From NCBI GenBank assembly GCA_945877405.1, contig CAMCSA010000003.1, forward strand, positions 20,989 through 84,988: DNA of 64,000 nt, read 5' to 3'. A program made the translations under genes and the position numbers. This stretch comes from an uncultured Erysipelotrichaceae bacterium. GTDB lineage: Bacteria; Bacillota_I; Bacilli_A; Erysipelotrichales; Erysipelotrichaceae. Shown piece after piece: positions 31,072 to 41,563 of the stretch (position 1 is its first letter; each line of letters begins with the position of its first letter). The notes under the pieces were generated by a model. The model did not search any database. It was given only the letters and a program-made list of their open reading frames with translations, and was not told the origin of the DNA.

Positions 31072-32198
31072 GAACATATTTTGACAGCGCAAGTACATCC
31101 AGGATTCATCCGGAAGTACTGAAAACATATGAATCACTGCTTCAGAAGTACTATGTCAACAGTGAATCACTGTATGATGAAGGCATTGAGATCTTCCGCA
31201 TGATGGAAAAGGCCCGCCGAGCAATCGCCGGGCTTTTGGGTGTTAACAGTGAAGATATTCTGTTTACTTCCGGTTCTTCTGAATCCAATACATCCGCAAT
31301 CAAAGGCGTATGTTTTGCAAATCCGACAAAAAAACATATTGTAACAAGCTGTGTGGAACATTCCAGTATTCTCAACTGTTGCAGGCAGATGGAGCGTGTA
31401 TTCGGATATCGGGTTACATATCTGCCAGTTGATCATCGCGGTTGTGTTTCTTTGGAAGCTGTCAGAAAGGCAGTCTGTGATGATACGGCAATTGTTTCAC
31501 TCATGTGGGTGAATAATGAAGTCGGCTCGATTAATCCGATTGAAGAAATTGCTGAATATGTCCGTAAACATACAGGAGCATATATGCATACAGACTTGAC
31601 ACAGGCAATCGGAAAAGTGGATGTCAATCTGGAAAACGTCGATCTTGCTTCCATCTCAGCTCATAAACTGGAAGGTCTGAAAGGAAGTGGTATTCTTGTA
31701 AAGAAAGTACATGTTCCTTTTGAACCGTTAATCAATGGAGGAGAGCAGGAAGCAGGTTTAAGAGGTGGTACAAGCAATGCCGTAGTGAATATGGTATTTG
31801 CCAAAACACTACGACTGGCACTGGAAAACGGCAGAAAATATCACGAACATATCAGAGCACTTAAGCAACAGCTGATCGAAGGATTGACATCGATTGAAGG
31901 TGTTGAAATCAACAGCCCTGACGATGGTGTTGTATCCACTGTCAACTTCTCGTATGAAGGGATTCCTTCTGAAGTCATGCAGAATGCACTGAATCGGGCA
32001 GGCTTCATGGTTTCAGCAAGATCTACCTGTGCCAGCAGATCAGATGATCCATCCTATGTACTTGTTGCGATGGGTTATTCTGCGCGGCGTGCAAGCTGCT
32101 GTATCCGCGTTTCATTAACGTATTACAATACGATGGAAGAAGTGCATGCCTTTGTTGATGCATGCAAGGAGATTATCAGACAATATGGTTCAATATGA
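31068..32198 (+). CDS. Cysteine desulfurase (NifS/NifZ/IscS class, ThiI partner)
   Basis: PLP-lysine context SISAHKLEGLKGSG and catalytic-loop SARSTCAS. Overlaps ezrA (ATGA) and thiI. Confidence 0.9.
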   Translation: MRTYFDSASTSRIHPEVLKTYESLLQKYYVNSESLYDEGIEIFRMMEKARRAIAGLLGVNSEDILFTSGSSESNTSAIKGVCFANPTKKHIVTSCVEHSSILNCCRQMERVFGYRVTYLPVDHRGCVSLEAVRKAVCDDTAIVSLMWVNNEVGSINPIEEIAEYVRKHTGAYMHTDLTQAIGKVDVNLENVDLASISAHKLEGLKGSGILVKKVHVPFEPLINGGEQEAGLRGGTSNAVVNMVFAKTLRLALENGRKYHEHIRALKQQLIEGLTSIEGVEINSPDDGVVSTVNFSYEGIPSEVMQNALNRAGFMVSARSTCASRSDDPSYVLVAMGYSARRASCCIRVSLTYYNTMEEVHAFVDACKEIIRQYGSI

Positions 32199-33378
32199 TA
32201 CTGTGCTCATCCGTTATGGTGAGCTTTCCACAAAAGGAAAAAACCGCAAGGATTTTATCGCAAGACTGTTTCACAACATCAAATTCATGCTGAAAGATCA
32301 TCCGTCTTTGGAATATACAAAGACATATGATCGTATCTATATCAGACTGAATGGTGAAGATCAGGATGTCATCCGGGAAAAACTGAAGAAAGTATTCGGT
32401 ATTTCTTCTTTCTCATTTACAGAAAAAGTCAGTAATGATATTCAGACAATCCGTGCCACATGTATCCGGATTGCACAGGAATCCGATCAGAACACATTCA
32501 AGGTCATCACAAAGCGTCATGATAAATCCTATCCGATGCGTTCAGATGAAATCAACAGAGCTGTTGCAGGAGCGATTCTGCATAACAGTGATCTGAAAGT
32601 AGATGTACATCATCCGGATCTGCCGATTCGAATTGAAGTGCATTCCGATTGCGCCTATATCACTTCCGAAAAGATTCCCGGAGCTGGCGGTTATCCAAGT
32701 GGCATCAATGGCAGAGTACTGCTGATGTTATCAGGCGGCATCGATTCACCTGTTGCAGCATATGAACTGATGAAGCGAGGTCTGTTTGTAGAAGCAGTGC
32801 ATTTTTCATCCCCTCCATATACAAGTGAGGCAGCAAAGCAGAAAGTACTGACACTTGCCGGTATGGTTTCTGAATATCAGGGACACATGAGAGTGCATGT
32901 TGTCAACTTTACAAAACTGCAGCTGGAAATCTACAAAACAGCAGGGGATCCTTATGCTGTGACATTAATGCGTCGTATGATGTTCCGTCTTGCACAGCGC
33001 ATTGCAGAAAACAACAGATGTCTTGCGATCGGTACGGGTGAATCAGTTGGTCAGGTAGCATCTCAGACACTGGAATCCATTGCATGCATCAACAGTGTAT
33101 GTACAATGCCTGTATTCAGACCTCTGATCTGTTCTGACAAGATTGAGATCATAGAGAAGGCGAGAAAAATTGGCACATATGAAACAAGTATTCTTCCATA
33201 TGAAGACTGCTGTACAATCTTTGATCCGAAAAATCCGGTTACAAAGCCTTCCATTGAAAAAAGCGAAAAGTATGAAGCACGTTTTGATTATGAAGCTCTG
33301 ATTCAGGAAGCAATTGACAGTGAGGAAGTTGTCATTGTTTCTGCCCAATCACAGAAACAGGACGAAGATTTTCTGTAA
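32185..33378 (+). CDS. thiI: tRNA 4-thiouridine(8) synthase ThiI
   Basis: THUMP region (LIRYGELSTKGKNR) and PP-loop LLMLSGGIDSPVAA. Confidence 0.93.
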   Translation: MVQYDTVLIRYGELSTKGKNRKDFIARLFHNIKFMLKDHPSLEYTKTYDRIYIRLNGEDQDVIREKLKKVFGISSFSFTEKVSNDIQTIRATCIRIAQESDQNTFKVITKRHDKSYPMRSDEINRAVAGAILHNSDLKVDVHHPDLPIRIEVHSDCAYITSEKIPGAGGYPSGINGRVLLMLSGGIDSPVAAYELMKRGLFVEAVHFSSPPYTSEAAKQKVLTLAGMVSEYQGHMRVHVVNFTKLQLEIYKTAGDPYAVTLMRRMMFRLAQRIAENNRCLAIGTGESVGQVASQTLESIACINSVCTMPVFRPLICSDKIEIIEKARKIGTYETSILPYEDCCTIFDPKNPVTKPSIEKSEKYEARFDYEALIQEAIDSEEVVIVSAQSQKQDEDFL

Positions 33379-33386
33379 GGTGTAAT

Positions 33387-33626
33387 ATGAGCAGACATAA
33401 TCCTAACATTTCCAAAGAATTTGTCACAAAGATGGAAGAGGTACTGGAGAGCGATGAAATGGTTGTACTCAAGGTGGTCAATGATACGGTGAGGATCATT
33501 GAAAAGGATACATCATATACGACTTCAGAAAAGCTCAGGATCTACGCCAGACTTTCATCTTTATGCAATTGTGAGCAGAAAGAAAGAGCCAAATGGGCTT
33601 CAAAAGCCGCCAGAAGCCTTAAATAA
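33387..33626 (+). CDS. Small hypothetical protein (79 aa)
   Basis: AAGGTG SD 8 nt upstream and a terminator directly downstream. I recognise no motif. Confidence 0.5.
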   Translation: MSRHNPNISKEFVTKMEEVLESDEMVVLKVVNDTVRIIEKDTSYTTSEKLRIYARLSSLCNCEQKERAKWASKAARSLK

Positions 33627-33631
33627 GCACA

Positions 33632-33658
33632 AAAAGAGGATATGCATACCTCTTTTTT
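33632..33658 (+). terminator. Intrinsic terminator after thiI-small ORF
   Basis: Stem AGAGG(A)TA/TACCTCT followed by T6. Confidence 0.65.
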
Positions 33659-33691
33659 GTTATAATGTGAAAAACAACAGAGAGGTTTTAT

Positions 33692-34840
33692 ATGGAGCGG
33701 AAGAAAAAAAACACGATCCGCATCACACTATACTATGTCGTATGTTTTCTGTGTAGTGTTGCGATCGGATTCATATCAACACAGTTTTATCTGGTAAATG
33801 GAATCGGTGTACGCCATCTATCCATACAACAGATGATTGTACGTCTTGCATTGCTTGTGCTGGCATTCATGCTGCAACTGTTTCTGCATGAAGCGGGACA
33901 TCTTGTTTTCGGATTGTTGAGCGGCTATGGTTTTGTTTCATTCCGTATCTTCAATATCATGATTCTCAACGACCATGGGCATCTTCTAATCAAAAAGTTG
34001 CATCTGGATGGGACAGCGGGGCAGTGTCTGATGAGCCCACCTGAGCCGGTGAATGGTCATATTCCTGGACTGCTTTACAATATGGGTGGAGTACTCATGA
34101 ATCTGATTGCCGGTTTTGTGGCTATGATTCTCATCTATGTATTTCATGATCAGAAGGAACTGATTGAATGGCTGTTCCAGTTTGTTCTGTTTGGTGTTGT
34201 ATTTGCTTTATTGAATGGCATACCTTTTGCTTCCTCAACGATTTCCAATGATGGTGCCAATGCAATCGCACTCGAAAGCAATCCGAAAGCCAATCGTGCA
34301 TTCTATCTTCAGATGAAAATGAATGCTCTGTTATCGGAAGGCGTATCCTTATCCGGCATGCCGGACGAATGGTTTGAAGTACCGGATGATGCCGATATGG
34401 ACAATCCTCTGATTGCGACAATCGGCGTATTTGCATGTAACCGAATGATGGAACAACAACGTTTTACCGATATGGAACAGCTGATCGTTCATTTCATGTC
34501 CATCCCAAATGGAATCAATGATATTCATTGGCAGCTTCTGAAATGTGATCTCATCTTTGTCAGACTGCTTGCCGGAAAGCAGGGAGAACAGATCGAATCG
34601 TTACTGGATCGGCCTTTACGGAAAGTCATGAAGACAATGAAGGATTTCCCATCTGTCATCAGAAGTCAGTATGCACTTGCACTGTTGTATGAAAATGATC
34701 CGGATCAGGCAGAGAAGGTACGCAGCCATATGGCAGAGATTGCTGATTCCTATCCATATCACACAGATATCATGCATGAAAATGATCTGATGATACTGGC
34801 AAAACAGCAGTATCGCAGAACAGAGGAGATGGTGAAATAA
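33692..34840 (+). CDS. Site-2-protease-like (M50-type) membrane metallopeptidase with a soluble C-terminal domain
   Basis: HEAGH lies inside a TM helix (LFLHEAGHLVFG). The second S2P motif N..P.....DG is present (LLNGIPFASSTISNDG). There are four or more TM helices and a ~180-aa C-terminal helical domain. Confidence 0.65.
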   Translation: MERKKKNTIRITLYYVVCFLCSVAIGFISTQFYLVNGIGVRHLSIQQMIVRLALLVLAFMLQLFLHEAGHLVFGLLSGYGFVSFRIFNIMILNDHGHLLIKKLHLDGTAGQCLMSPPEPVNGHIPGLLYNMGGVLMNLIAGFVAMILIYVFHDQKELIEWLFQFVLFGVVFALLNGIPFASSTISNDGANAIALESNPKANRAFYLQMKMNALLSEGVSLSGMPDEWFEVPDDADMDNPLIATIGVFACNRMMEQQRFTDMEQLIVHFMSIPNGINDIHWQLLKCDLIFVRLLAGKQGEQIESLLDRPLRKVMKTMKDFPSVIRSQYALALLYENDPDQAEKVRSHMAEIADSYPYHTDIMHENDLMILAKQQYRRTEEMVK

Positions 34841-34841
34841 A

Positions 34842-36896
34842 ATGGATTTTTCAACATGGCTGAAACAGTACCCTGTACCATTGAATCCACAACAGAAAGA
34901 AGCAGTACAGACAGTCAATGGTCCTGTACTGCTTTTGGCAGTTCCAGGCAGTGGTAAAACAACCGTTGTTGTCATGCGGCTTGGATGGATGGTGCAGGGA
35001 TGCAATATCCCACCTTCCTCCATTGTAACCATTACCTATACCGTTTCTGCGGTAAATGACATGAAAAACCGGTATGCTTCCTTTTTCGGCAAACAAGCAG
35101 CCGAGCAGATGGTATTCCGTACCATTAATGGCATCTGTGCAAGGATCATCTATCAGTATGGGCGTATCATTCATAAACCTCCATATGAGCTGATCAGTGA
35201 TGATCGCATCATCAATCAGATGATCATTTCGATTTATCAGGAAATCATGCATGAATACCCGAATGAAAATGAAGTAAAGGAAATCCGTACAAAGATCACA
35301 TATATCAAAAACATGATGTTATGTGAACAGGAAATCAATGCACTCAATCAGGACGTGACGTATGATCTTTCTGCGATTTATCACAGGTACTGTACCAAGC
35401 TGAAAAACGAAAGATGCATGGACTATGACGATCAGATGGTCTATGCCTTACGCATTCTGAAAACAGATCCTGCCATGGCGAAACGTGTGCAGCAGCAGTT
35501 TACGTATATCTGTGTGGATGAAGCACAGGATACATCCAGAATCCAGCACGAAATCATACGTCTGATTGCTTCAATGAACGCAAATCTGTTCATGGTAGGT
35601 GATGAAGATCAGAGTATTTATGAATTCCGTGCTGCCTGGCCTCAGGCATTATTGGATTTTTCTTTGACATATCCAAATGGCAGAGTACTGCTGATGGAAG
35701 AAAACTTCCGCTCTGTACCGGCTGTTGTCAATCTTGCAGATCGATTTATATCAGCAAATACGGATCGACACGAAAAACATATGCATGCTTTTCGTACAAA
35801 AGGGAATGATGTAACCTTTGTTCAGCTGAAATCCAGATCCAGACAGATCCGTCATATCATCAGTACAGTGCAGGAATCAGATGAGCAAACTGCTGTACTG
35901 TTCCGCAATAATGAAAATGCGATTCCACTGATTGATCAGCTGGAACGTAAACATATCCCATATGCAATGCGAAATGTGGATGCGGTATTCTTCTCTCATC
36001 GGATTGTAAATGACGTATGCACCATTCTCAGATTTCTTATCGACCCATCCGACGTTGATGCGTTTGTAAAGGTTTATTACAAACTCAATCTATATCTGAA
36101 AAAGGAAGAAGCCATGAAGATCGCCTCTTCTGCAAAAAAGACAGGCAAGGATATCTTCACCACAGCAAAATCGATGAAACTGCAGGATTATTCCGTAAAT
36201 GGCCTGAAAACACTCAAAGAAACTGCATCTATGATTCATCAGAAAGATGCTATGACAATGCTGCAGATCATCTTTGATACACTTGGCTATCGTTCTTATC
36301 TGCAACACGCTCATCTTTCTGATGATAAGCTGTATATACTGCAGCAGATTGCCCGTTATGTAAAAGATGTCCCATCTTTTCTGCAACGGCTTGATGAACT
36401 TGCAGATCTCATTCGTACAGGGAAACAGGACAGTGATGCAAAGCTGATTCTTTCTACAATTCATTCCTCAAAAGGACTGGAATATGATCGGGTCATCCTG
36501 CTGGATTGTGTAGATGGGGTGTTGCCATCGGTTCCACAATCGCAGATCAATCCGGAACATCGTGATGCAGTATCGTTATATCAGGAAGAAAGAAGACTGT
36601 TTTATGTGGCCATCACGAGAGCGAAAAACAGACTGATTCTCTATGATCTTGCTCAATCTTCGTTTGTAGCAGAAGTCAGACCGCAGAAACGAGTTGAAGA
36701 AAAGAAGAAGTCTGCAGATGATTTTCCATCATTTGTGAAGAAACTCAAAAAGGGAAGAAAAATCGTTCACGAAGAATATGGAGAAGGTGTAATCACAAAA
36801 AAGGATTCCAAAACTGTTATCATCAGATTTGGCACAATGACAAAGATATTCATGATCCGGTTCATATACGATAAGCAGCTTGTGCATCCTGTCTGA
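34842..36896 (+). CDS. UvrD/PcrA-family SF1 DNA helicase paralog
   Basis: Motifs present are Walker A AVPGSGKTT, motif II VDEAQDTS, motif III GDEDQSIY, NFRS, STIHSSKGLEYD and FYVAITRAK. The C-terminal Tudor-like tail is HEEYGEGVI...IRF. The start lies 1 nt after the peptidase stop. Confidence 0.85.
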   Translation: MDFSTWLKQYPVPLNPQQKEAVQTVNGPVLLLAVPGSGKTTVVVMRLGWMVQGCNIPPSSIVTITYTVSAVNDMKNRYASFFGKQAAEQMVFRTINGICARIIYQYGRIIHKPPYELISDDRIINQMIISIYQEIMHEYPNENEVKEIRTKITYIKNMMLCEQEINALNQDVTYDLSAIYHRYCTKLKNERCMDYDDQMVYALRILKTDPAMAKRVQQQFTYICVDEAQDTSRIQHEIIRLIASMNANLFMVGDEDQSIYEFRAAWPQALLDFSLTYPNGRVLLMEENFRSVPAVVNLADRFISANTDRHEKHMHAFRTKGNDVTFVQLKSRSRQIRHIISTVQESDEQTAVLFRNNENAIPLIDQLERKHIPYAMRNVDAVFFSHRIVNDVCTILRFLIDPSDVDAFVKVYYKLNLYLKKEEAMKIASSAKKTGKDIFTTAKSMKLQDYSVNGLKTLKETASMIHQKDAMTMLQIIFDTLGYRSYLQHAHLSDDKLYILQQIARYVKDVPSFLQRLDELADLIRTGKQDSDAKLILSTIHSSKGLEYDRVILLDCVDGVLPSVPQSQINPEHRDAVSLYQEERRLFYVAITRAKNRLILYDLAQSSFVAEVRPQKRVEEKKKSADDFPSFVKKLKKGRKIVHEEYGEGVITKKDSKTVIIRFGTMTKIFMIRFIYDKQLVHPV

Positions 36897-36934
36897 AACC
36901 GCATGATCATCGTAAGTTCCTTATTTTTTCTGTG

Positions 36935-36963
36935 TTGACAGAAACTCATATTCCATGTATCAT
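36935..36963 (+). promoter_or_regulatory. rplU operon promoter TTGACA-17-TATCAT
   Basis: Sequence is TTGACAgaaactcatattccatgTATCAT. Confidence 0.7.
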
Positions 36964-36969
36964 ATCAAC

Positions 36970-37071
36970 GTTATCTGCCCTCTGATGAGGTCGGTAACCG
37001 CTCAGAATAGGGTTAAGTACGAAAGTCCCCTTAATGGCGCGTCTTAAGATAAATGTCAGGAGGTGTAATCA
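36970..37071 (+). promoter_or_regulatory. Candidate L21 ribosomal-protein leader
   Basis: A ~100-nt GC-richer structured 5' UTR lies directly upstream of rplU, where the Bacillota L21 leader is located. I did not verify the structure. Confidence 0.5.
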
Positions 37072-37383
37072 ATGTACGCAGTTATCGAAACAGGCGGTAA
37101 GCAGCTGAAGGTAGAAGCTGGCCAGGAAATCTTTGTTGAAAAGCTCAACGTTGAAGCTGGAGAAACAGTAGTATTTGACAAGGTTGTTCTTCTTTCCAAC
37201 GATGGAACAAAGATCGGAACACCATATGTTGAAGGTGCTAAGGTCACAGCTACAGTTGTAAAGCAGGGCAAGGAAAGAAAGATCAGAATCTTCAAGTACA
37301 AGGCTAAGAAGGGTGCAACACGTCGCAGACAGGGTCACCGTCAGCCTTACACAAAGCTCACAATTGAAGCAATTGAAGGCTGA
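37072..37383 (+). CDS. rplU: 50S ribosomal protein L21
   Basis: [25 protein letters not shown]... Confidence 0.97.
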   Translation: MYAVIETGGKQLKVEAGQEIFVEKLNVEAGETVVFDKVVLLSNDGTKIGTPYVEGAKVTATVVKQGKERKIRIFKYKAKKGATRRRQGHRQPYTKLTIEAIEG

Positions 37384-37385
37384 GT

Positions 37386-37691
37386 ATGATTCACGTTCGT
37401 GTTGTCAGGAAGAATCATCTGATTCAGTCAATCACCGTTACAGGACATGCAGACTCTGATGTCTATGGGCATGATCTGGTATGTGCGATTGTCAGTGGCA
37501 TCATGACAGGTTTATGTAATGCAATGGATGTACTTGCTGGTGAAGACAATATGATTGTCGAAGAAGGCAGAATTGAAATCCATGTGAGTAAACCAGACAG
37601 TAAAACAGATCTGATACTTGAGACAGGTCTGATTCAGCTGAAAACAGCTGAAGAAGTAAATCAGGATTATTTAAAAGTAACGGAGGTGTAA
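37386..37691 (+). CDS. prp: Ribosomal-processing cysteine protease Prp
   Basis: Lies between rplU and rpmA. Carries [18 protein letters not shown] with catalytic His/Cys. Confidence 0.9.
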   Translation: MIHVRVVRKNHLIQSITVTGHADSDVYGHDLVCAIVSGIMTGLCNAMDVLAGEDNMIVEEGRIEIHVSKPDSKTDLILETGLIQLKTAEEVNQDYLKVTEV

Positions 37692-37695
37692 TACC

Positions 37696-37983
37696 ATGAA
37701 ATTCACACTGAATATGCAGTTATTCGCATCCAAAAAGGGTGTATCTTCCACAAAGAACGGCCGTGATTCCGCCGGTAGAAGACTTGGCGCAAAGAAGGCA
37801 GACGGTCAGTTCACAAACTGCGGTTCAATCATTTACAGACAGAGAGGAACAAAGATTTTCCCTGGCAAGAATGTAAAGCGTGGTGGTGACGACACACTGT
37901 TTGCAACAGCAGCAGGTATCGTCAGATACGAACGTCTTGGCAAGGACAAGAAGCAGGTTTCTGTCTATCCTGTAGAAGCTTGA
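37696..37983 (+). CDS. rpmA: 50S ribosomal protein L27 with cleavable N-terminal extension
   Basis: [25 protein letters not shown], the Prp cleavage-site pattern. Confidence 0.97.
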   Translation: MKFTLNMQLFASKKGVSSTKNGRDSAGRRLGAKKADGQFTNCGSIIYRQRGTKIFPGKNVKRGGDDTLFATAAGIVRYERLGKDKKQVSVYPVEA

Positions 37984-38002
37984 TTCAGGCAAAGGTAAAT
38001 CG

Positions 38003-38029
38003 ATGCTCCTGGTTGCAGGGGCATTTTTT
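38003..38029 (+). terminator. Terminator/attenuator after rpmA
   Basis: Stem ATGCTCCTG/CAGGGGCAT followed by T5. Confidence 0.65.
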
Positions 38030-38050
38030 GTCAAATAGAAAGGAGCGTCT

Positions 38051-39325
38051 ATGATTGATTTTATCCGTATGCATCTGAAAGCCGGCGATGGCGGTCGCGG
38101 TATTGTTGCATGGCGAAGAGAAAAATATTATCCGAATGGTGGTCCGGCTGGCGGTGATGGCGGCGATGGCGGCAGTATCTATTTTGCCGTAGATACAAAT
38201 GAAACGACACTCACCAAGCTGCGCTTTACGCAGACTGTCAAGGCAGGAAATGGTTCCCCTGGACTCATCAAGAAAATGCATGGCAAGTCTGGTGAAGACA
38301 TTACAATCAAGGTGCCACCAGGAACCATGATCCGTAATGCAAAAACTGGTGATCTTTTGGCGGATCTGACAAAAGAAGGTCAGATTGTATGCATTGCCAA
38401 AGGTGGTAAGGGTGGTTTAGGCAACCATCATTTTGCAACAGCACGCAATGATGCACCAGAATATGCCCAGCCTGGGGAAACTGGTGAATCATTGGATATC
38501 ACAGTTGAATTACGACTTCTTGCGGATGCGGGATTAATCGGTTTCCCATCCGTTGGCAAGTCCACATTCCTGTCTGTTGTCACACGTGCCAATCCGGCAA
38601 TTGCCGCATATCCATTTACGACACTGGAACCGAACATCGGTGTTGTTGATATGGATGATGGCAGAGGATTTGTTCTGGCTGACATGCCAGGATTAATCGA
38701 AGGAGCAGCAGAAGGAAAAGGTCTTGGAGATGAATTTCTGCGTCATATCAGAAGATGCAAGGTTCTGATCCATGTTGTGGATATGTCTGGTGAAGCAGGA
38801 GATCCTGTTGACTGCTATGAAATCATCAACAGGGAACTTCTGAATTATTCAGCAGATCTTGCAGACAGACCGCAGATTGTTGTTGCCAATAAGATGGATG
38901 ATGAATATGCATCCATGTATCTGGATGAATTCAGAAAGAAGTATCCGGATCTGAAGATCTTTGAAGTATCTACCATCATGCATCAGGGACTGAAAGAAGT
39001 ACTCTATGCTGCACTTGAAGAAATTGAAAAGGCAAAGGAAATCGAAATTGATGATCCGGATGTTATTGAAGAAACTGTTGTATATCGCTATGAACCGAAG
39101 CGTCCTGATTTCTATGTTGAAAAGGATGCACCAGGCAGATGGAAAGTCGTTTCACAGAAAGTCGACAATTTGTGTGACCAGTATGATCTGGATGATCCGG
39201 ATCAGGCATATCAGTTTGCATTGCAGTTAGGAAAAATGGGTGTAGATAAGGCATTGCGTGAAGCTGGTGCAAGAGATGGTGACCAGGTCATTATCAATAA
39301 CTACATCCTGGACTTCAAGGACTAA
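38051..39325 (+). CDS. obg: GTPase Obg/CgtA
   Basis: Glycine-rich Obg fold (GGDGGDGGS), G1 GFPSVGKST, and C-terminal OCT domain. Confidence 0.95.
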   Translation: MIDFIRMHLKAGDGGRGIVAWRREKYYPNGGPAGGDGGDGGSIYFAVDTNETTLTKLRFTQTVKAGNGSPGLIKKMHGKSGEDITIKVPPGTMIRNAKTGDLLADLTKEGQIVCIAKGGKGGLGNHHFATARNDAPEYAQPGETGESLDITVELRLLADAGLIGFPSVGKSTFLSVVTRANPAIAAYPFTTLEPNIGVVDMDDGRGFVLADMPGLIEGAAEGKGLGDEFLRHIRRCKVLIHVVDMSGEAGDPVDCYEIINRELLNYSADLADRPQIVVANKMDDEYASMYLDEFRKKYPDLKIFEVSTIMHQGLKEVLYAALEEIEKAKEIEIDDPDVIEETVVYRYEPKRPDFYVEKDAPGRWKVVSQKVDNLCDQYDLDDPDQAYQFALQLGKMGVDKALREAGARDGDQVIINNYILDFKD

Positions 39326-39327
39326 CT

Positions 39328-39930
39328 ATGATTGCTTTTATCACAGGAACTGTTGTTTCCTATACAACAGACAGTGTCGTTTTAGATCATAACGGCATGG
39401 GATGGCAGATCAGCTATCCCCATTGTGATGCCATCCGGCTCAACCAGGAAATCCGTATCTATACATACATGCATATTTCTGAAAATGACATGGCTTTGTA
39501 TGGATTTGAATCCGATGAAGAAAAACAGCTGTTTCTGCGTCTGATTTCCGTCAAGGGACTCGGTCCGAAAACTGCCATGAACATGCTGGCAAGAGCTGGC
39601 AGTTCCTCCATCATCAGTGCAATTGAAAGCGGTGATGTGACGGCTTTGAAAAAAATGCCTGGTATCGGTGCAAAGTCAGCTTCTCAGATTGTTCTGGATC
39701 TGAAAGGGAAGCTTGTTACAACCGGTATTCAGACAGGTCAAAAAGCAACATCCAACTATCCTCAGGAGATTGCTGATGCCTTAGAAGGGCTCAAAAATCT
39801 TGGATATAAGGGAAATGAACTGAACTCTGTCGGTAACATGTTACTGGAAAAACCAGGACTGACCGTTGGAGAATATGTACGACTTGGCTTACAGTATATG
39901 TCAAGACTTCAGAAAGGAGGTAAGTCATGA
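39328..39930 (+). CDS. ruvA: Holliday junction branch migration complex subunit RuvA
   Basis: MIAFITGTV..., HhH motifs ([18 protein letters not shown]). Confidence 0.93.
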   Translation: MIAFITGTVVSYTTDSVVLDHNGMGWQISYPHCDAIRLNQEIRIYTYMHISENDMALYGFESDEEKQLFLRLISVKGLGPKTAMNMLARAGSSSIISAIESGDVTALKKMPGIGAKSASQIVLDLKGKLVTTGIQTGQKATSNYPQEIADALEGLKNLGYKGNELNSVGNMLLEKPGLTVGEYVRLGLQYMSRLQKGGKS

Positions 39931-40937
39931 GTGATGAAAGACTGATGTCTGCACAGCACAATATGAATGATGAAGAGGAATCCATCCGTCCCGTCAGTCT
40001 GAATGAATATATCGGTCAGGACAGCCTCAAGGAGAATCTGAAGATCTATATACAGGCAGCATTAGGCAGAAATGAACCGTTAGATCATGTGCTTTTATAT
40101 GGTCCTCCAGGACTTGGTAAAACAACTCTTGCCTATATTCTGGCACATGAAATGCATGCTAATATCCGTGTGACAACCGGGCCTTCCATTACAAAACCAG
40201 GTGATCTGGCCAGTATCCTTTCCGTTTTGGAACCGGGTGATGTTCTGTTTATTGATGAAATTCACCGTCTTCCAAAAGCAGTGGAAGAAGTATTGTATCC
40301 GGCTATGGAAGATTTTGAACTGGATGTGATGGTAGGAGGAGAAAATGGAAGCGGTGGAAGGCCGATCCGTATTGATCTGCCTCCATTCACTCTTGTTGGA
40401 GCGACAACACGTGCCGGAGATCTTTCATCTCCATTACGTGACCGTTTCGGCATTGTATCCAAGCTGGAATATTATAATGAAACTCAGCTTTCTTCTATCA
40501 TTTCCCGCAGCGCCAGAGTACTGAATGTATCTGTTGAAGAGGATGCAGTACACGAAATTGCACGCAGAAGCAGAGGTACACCAAGAATTGCCAACCGTCT
40601 GTTACGAAGAATCCGTGACTTTGCACAGGTTCTTAATGATGGTGTGATTTCTCAATCACTGGCAGATGAGTCATTATCCCGTCTGCATGTTGACTCACTT
40701 GGACTGGATGAAGTGGACATCCGCTACCTGAAAGGGATTATTGAGCGGTTTAAAGGTGGACCGGTCGGGCTTGATGCTCTGGCCAATTCCATTTCAGAAG
40801 AAACAACAACTCTGGAAGATGTATATGAGCCATATCTGATCCAGATCGGATTTGTCAATCGTACAACCCGAGGCAGAGTTGTAACAGAAAAGGCATACGA
40901 ACATCTGAAGATCGTACGCCCACAGCAGTTATTCTGA
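39927..40937 (+). CDS. ruvB: Holliday junction DNA helicase RuvB
   Basis: [33 protein letters not shown]. Confidence 0.96.
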   Translation: MSDERLMSAQHNMNDEEESIRPVSLNEYIGQDSLKENLKIYIQAALGRNEPLDHVLLYGPPGLGKTTLAYILAHEMHANIRVTTGPSITKPGDLASILSVLEPGDVLFIDEIHRLPKAVEEVLYPAMEDFELDVMVGGENGSGGRPIRIDLPPFTLVGATTRAGDLSSPLRDRFGIVSKLEYYNETQLSSIISRSARVLNVSVEEDAVHEIARRSRGTPRIANRLLRRIRDFAQVLNDGVISQSLADESLSRLHVDSLGLDEVDIRYLKGIIERFKGGPVGLDALANSISEETTTLEDVYEPYLIQIGFVNRTTRGRVVTEKAYEHLKIVRPQQLF

Positions 40938-40939
40938 CA

Positions 40940-40963
40940 GGCAGTCAATGATGACTGTCTTTT
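40940..40963 (+). terminator. Terminator after ruvB
   Basis: Stem GGCAGTCA/TGACTGTC followed by T4. Confidence 0.6.
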
Positions 40964-41513
40964 ATAATGGTTGTGCATTTCTTTTCTGATACGAGGCTGA
41001 AAACAGTTGCGTTGATGGGGAAATGCACCAGAGTTTTGCATGACGTTTATCAAATAACAGCGGTTGACGATCATGAATATGCACAATGGAAGGATCGGCA
41101 GGTTGGGTGACCACAACAAAAACAGGAATTCCGTTTTCCTTGTGGTACAGACCACCAAGATACTGAATGCCACGGCATCCCGTAATCAGATGTTTTGTTT
41201 TCTGCCTGTCCCATTCATAATAACCGGTGCACGGTAATACACATGGCTTAGCATTTTTGAAAAAAGCTGAAGTCAGGCATGTTTCACTTCTGGCATTGAT
41301 CACAAGCTTACCTTTTCGTTGAAAACCCCATTTCATGATACCAGTATGAATGGTATTCTGAGCTGCTACACAGGAAAAACAATAACTGCCTGGTGTGACT
41401 TCATGTAGGGCAATTGAGGCAAATACTTCCGGTGACAGTTTTTGTTCGGCATAACTGACAAGCTGTTCAATATCCTGGTTATCACTTTCCCAGAACAGAT
41501 ATCTTCCACACAT
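40962..41513 (-). CDS. SOS response-associated peptidase (SRAP/YedK family, abasic-site crosslinking)
   Basis: N-terminus MCGRY (catalytic Cys2), INARSET, and HDRQP near the C-terminus. Start set at the MCGRY ATG. Confidence 0.85.
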   Translation of the reverse strand: MCGRYLFWESDNQDIEQLVSYAEQKLSPEVFASIALHEVTPGSYCFSCVAAQNTIHTGIMKWGFQRKGKLVINARSETCLTSAFFKNAKPCVLPCTGYYEWDRQKTKHLITGCRGIQYLGGLYHKENGIPVFVVVTQPADPSIVHIHDRQPLLFDKRHAKLWCISPSTQLFSASYQKRNAQPL

Positions 41514-41519
41514 ACCATT

Positions 41520-41525
41520 ATTATA
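41520..41525 (-). promoter_or_regulatory. -10 box TATAAT 6 nt before the SRAP ATG (leaderless-type)
   Basis: The minus strand reads gcTATAATaatggtATGTGTGGAAGATAT. Confidence 0.5.
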
Positions 41526-41550
41526 GCTTTCCGTTTGAAACAAAGAAAGT

Positions 41551-41556
41551 TATAAT
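41551..41556 (+). promoter_or_regulatory. -10 box TATAAT 7 nt before the ATG at 41564 (leaderless-type)
   Basis: Sequence is gtTATAATggaaatcATGAATCAG. Confidence 0.45.
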
Positions 41557-41563
41557 GGAAATC

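Noticed and set aside
33499-33756. 85-aa ORF overlapping the small post-thiI gene and the peptidase start
   Set aside because: It crosses the intrinsic terminator at 33632-33658 and has no SD. The in-frame 79-aa ORF at 33387 has a good SD and ends before the terminator.
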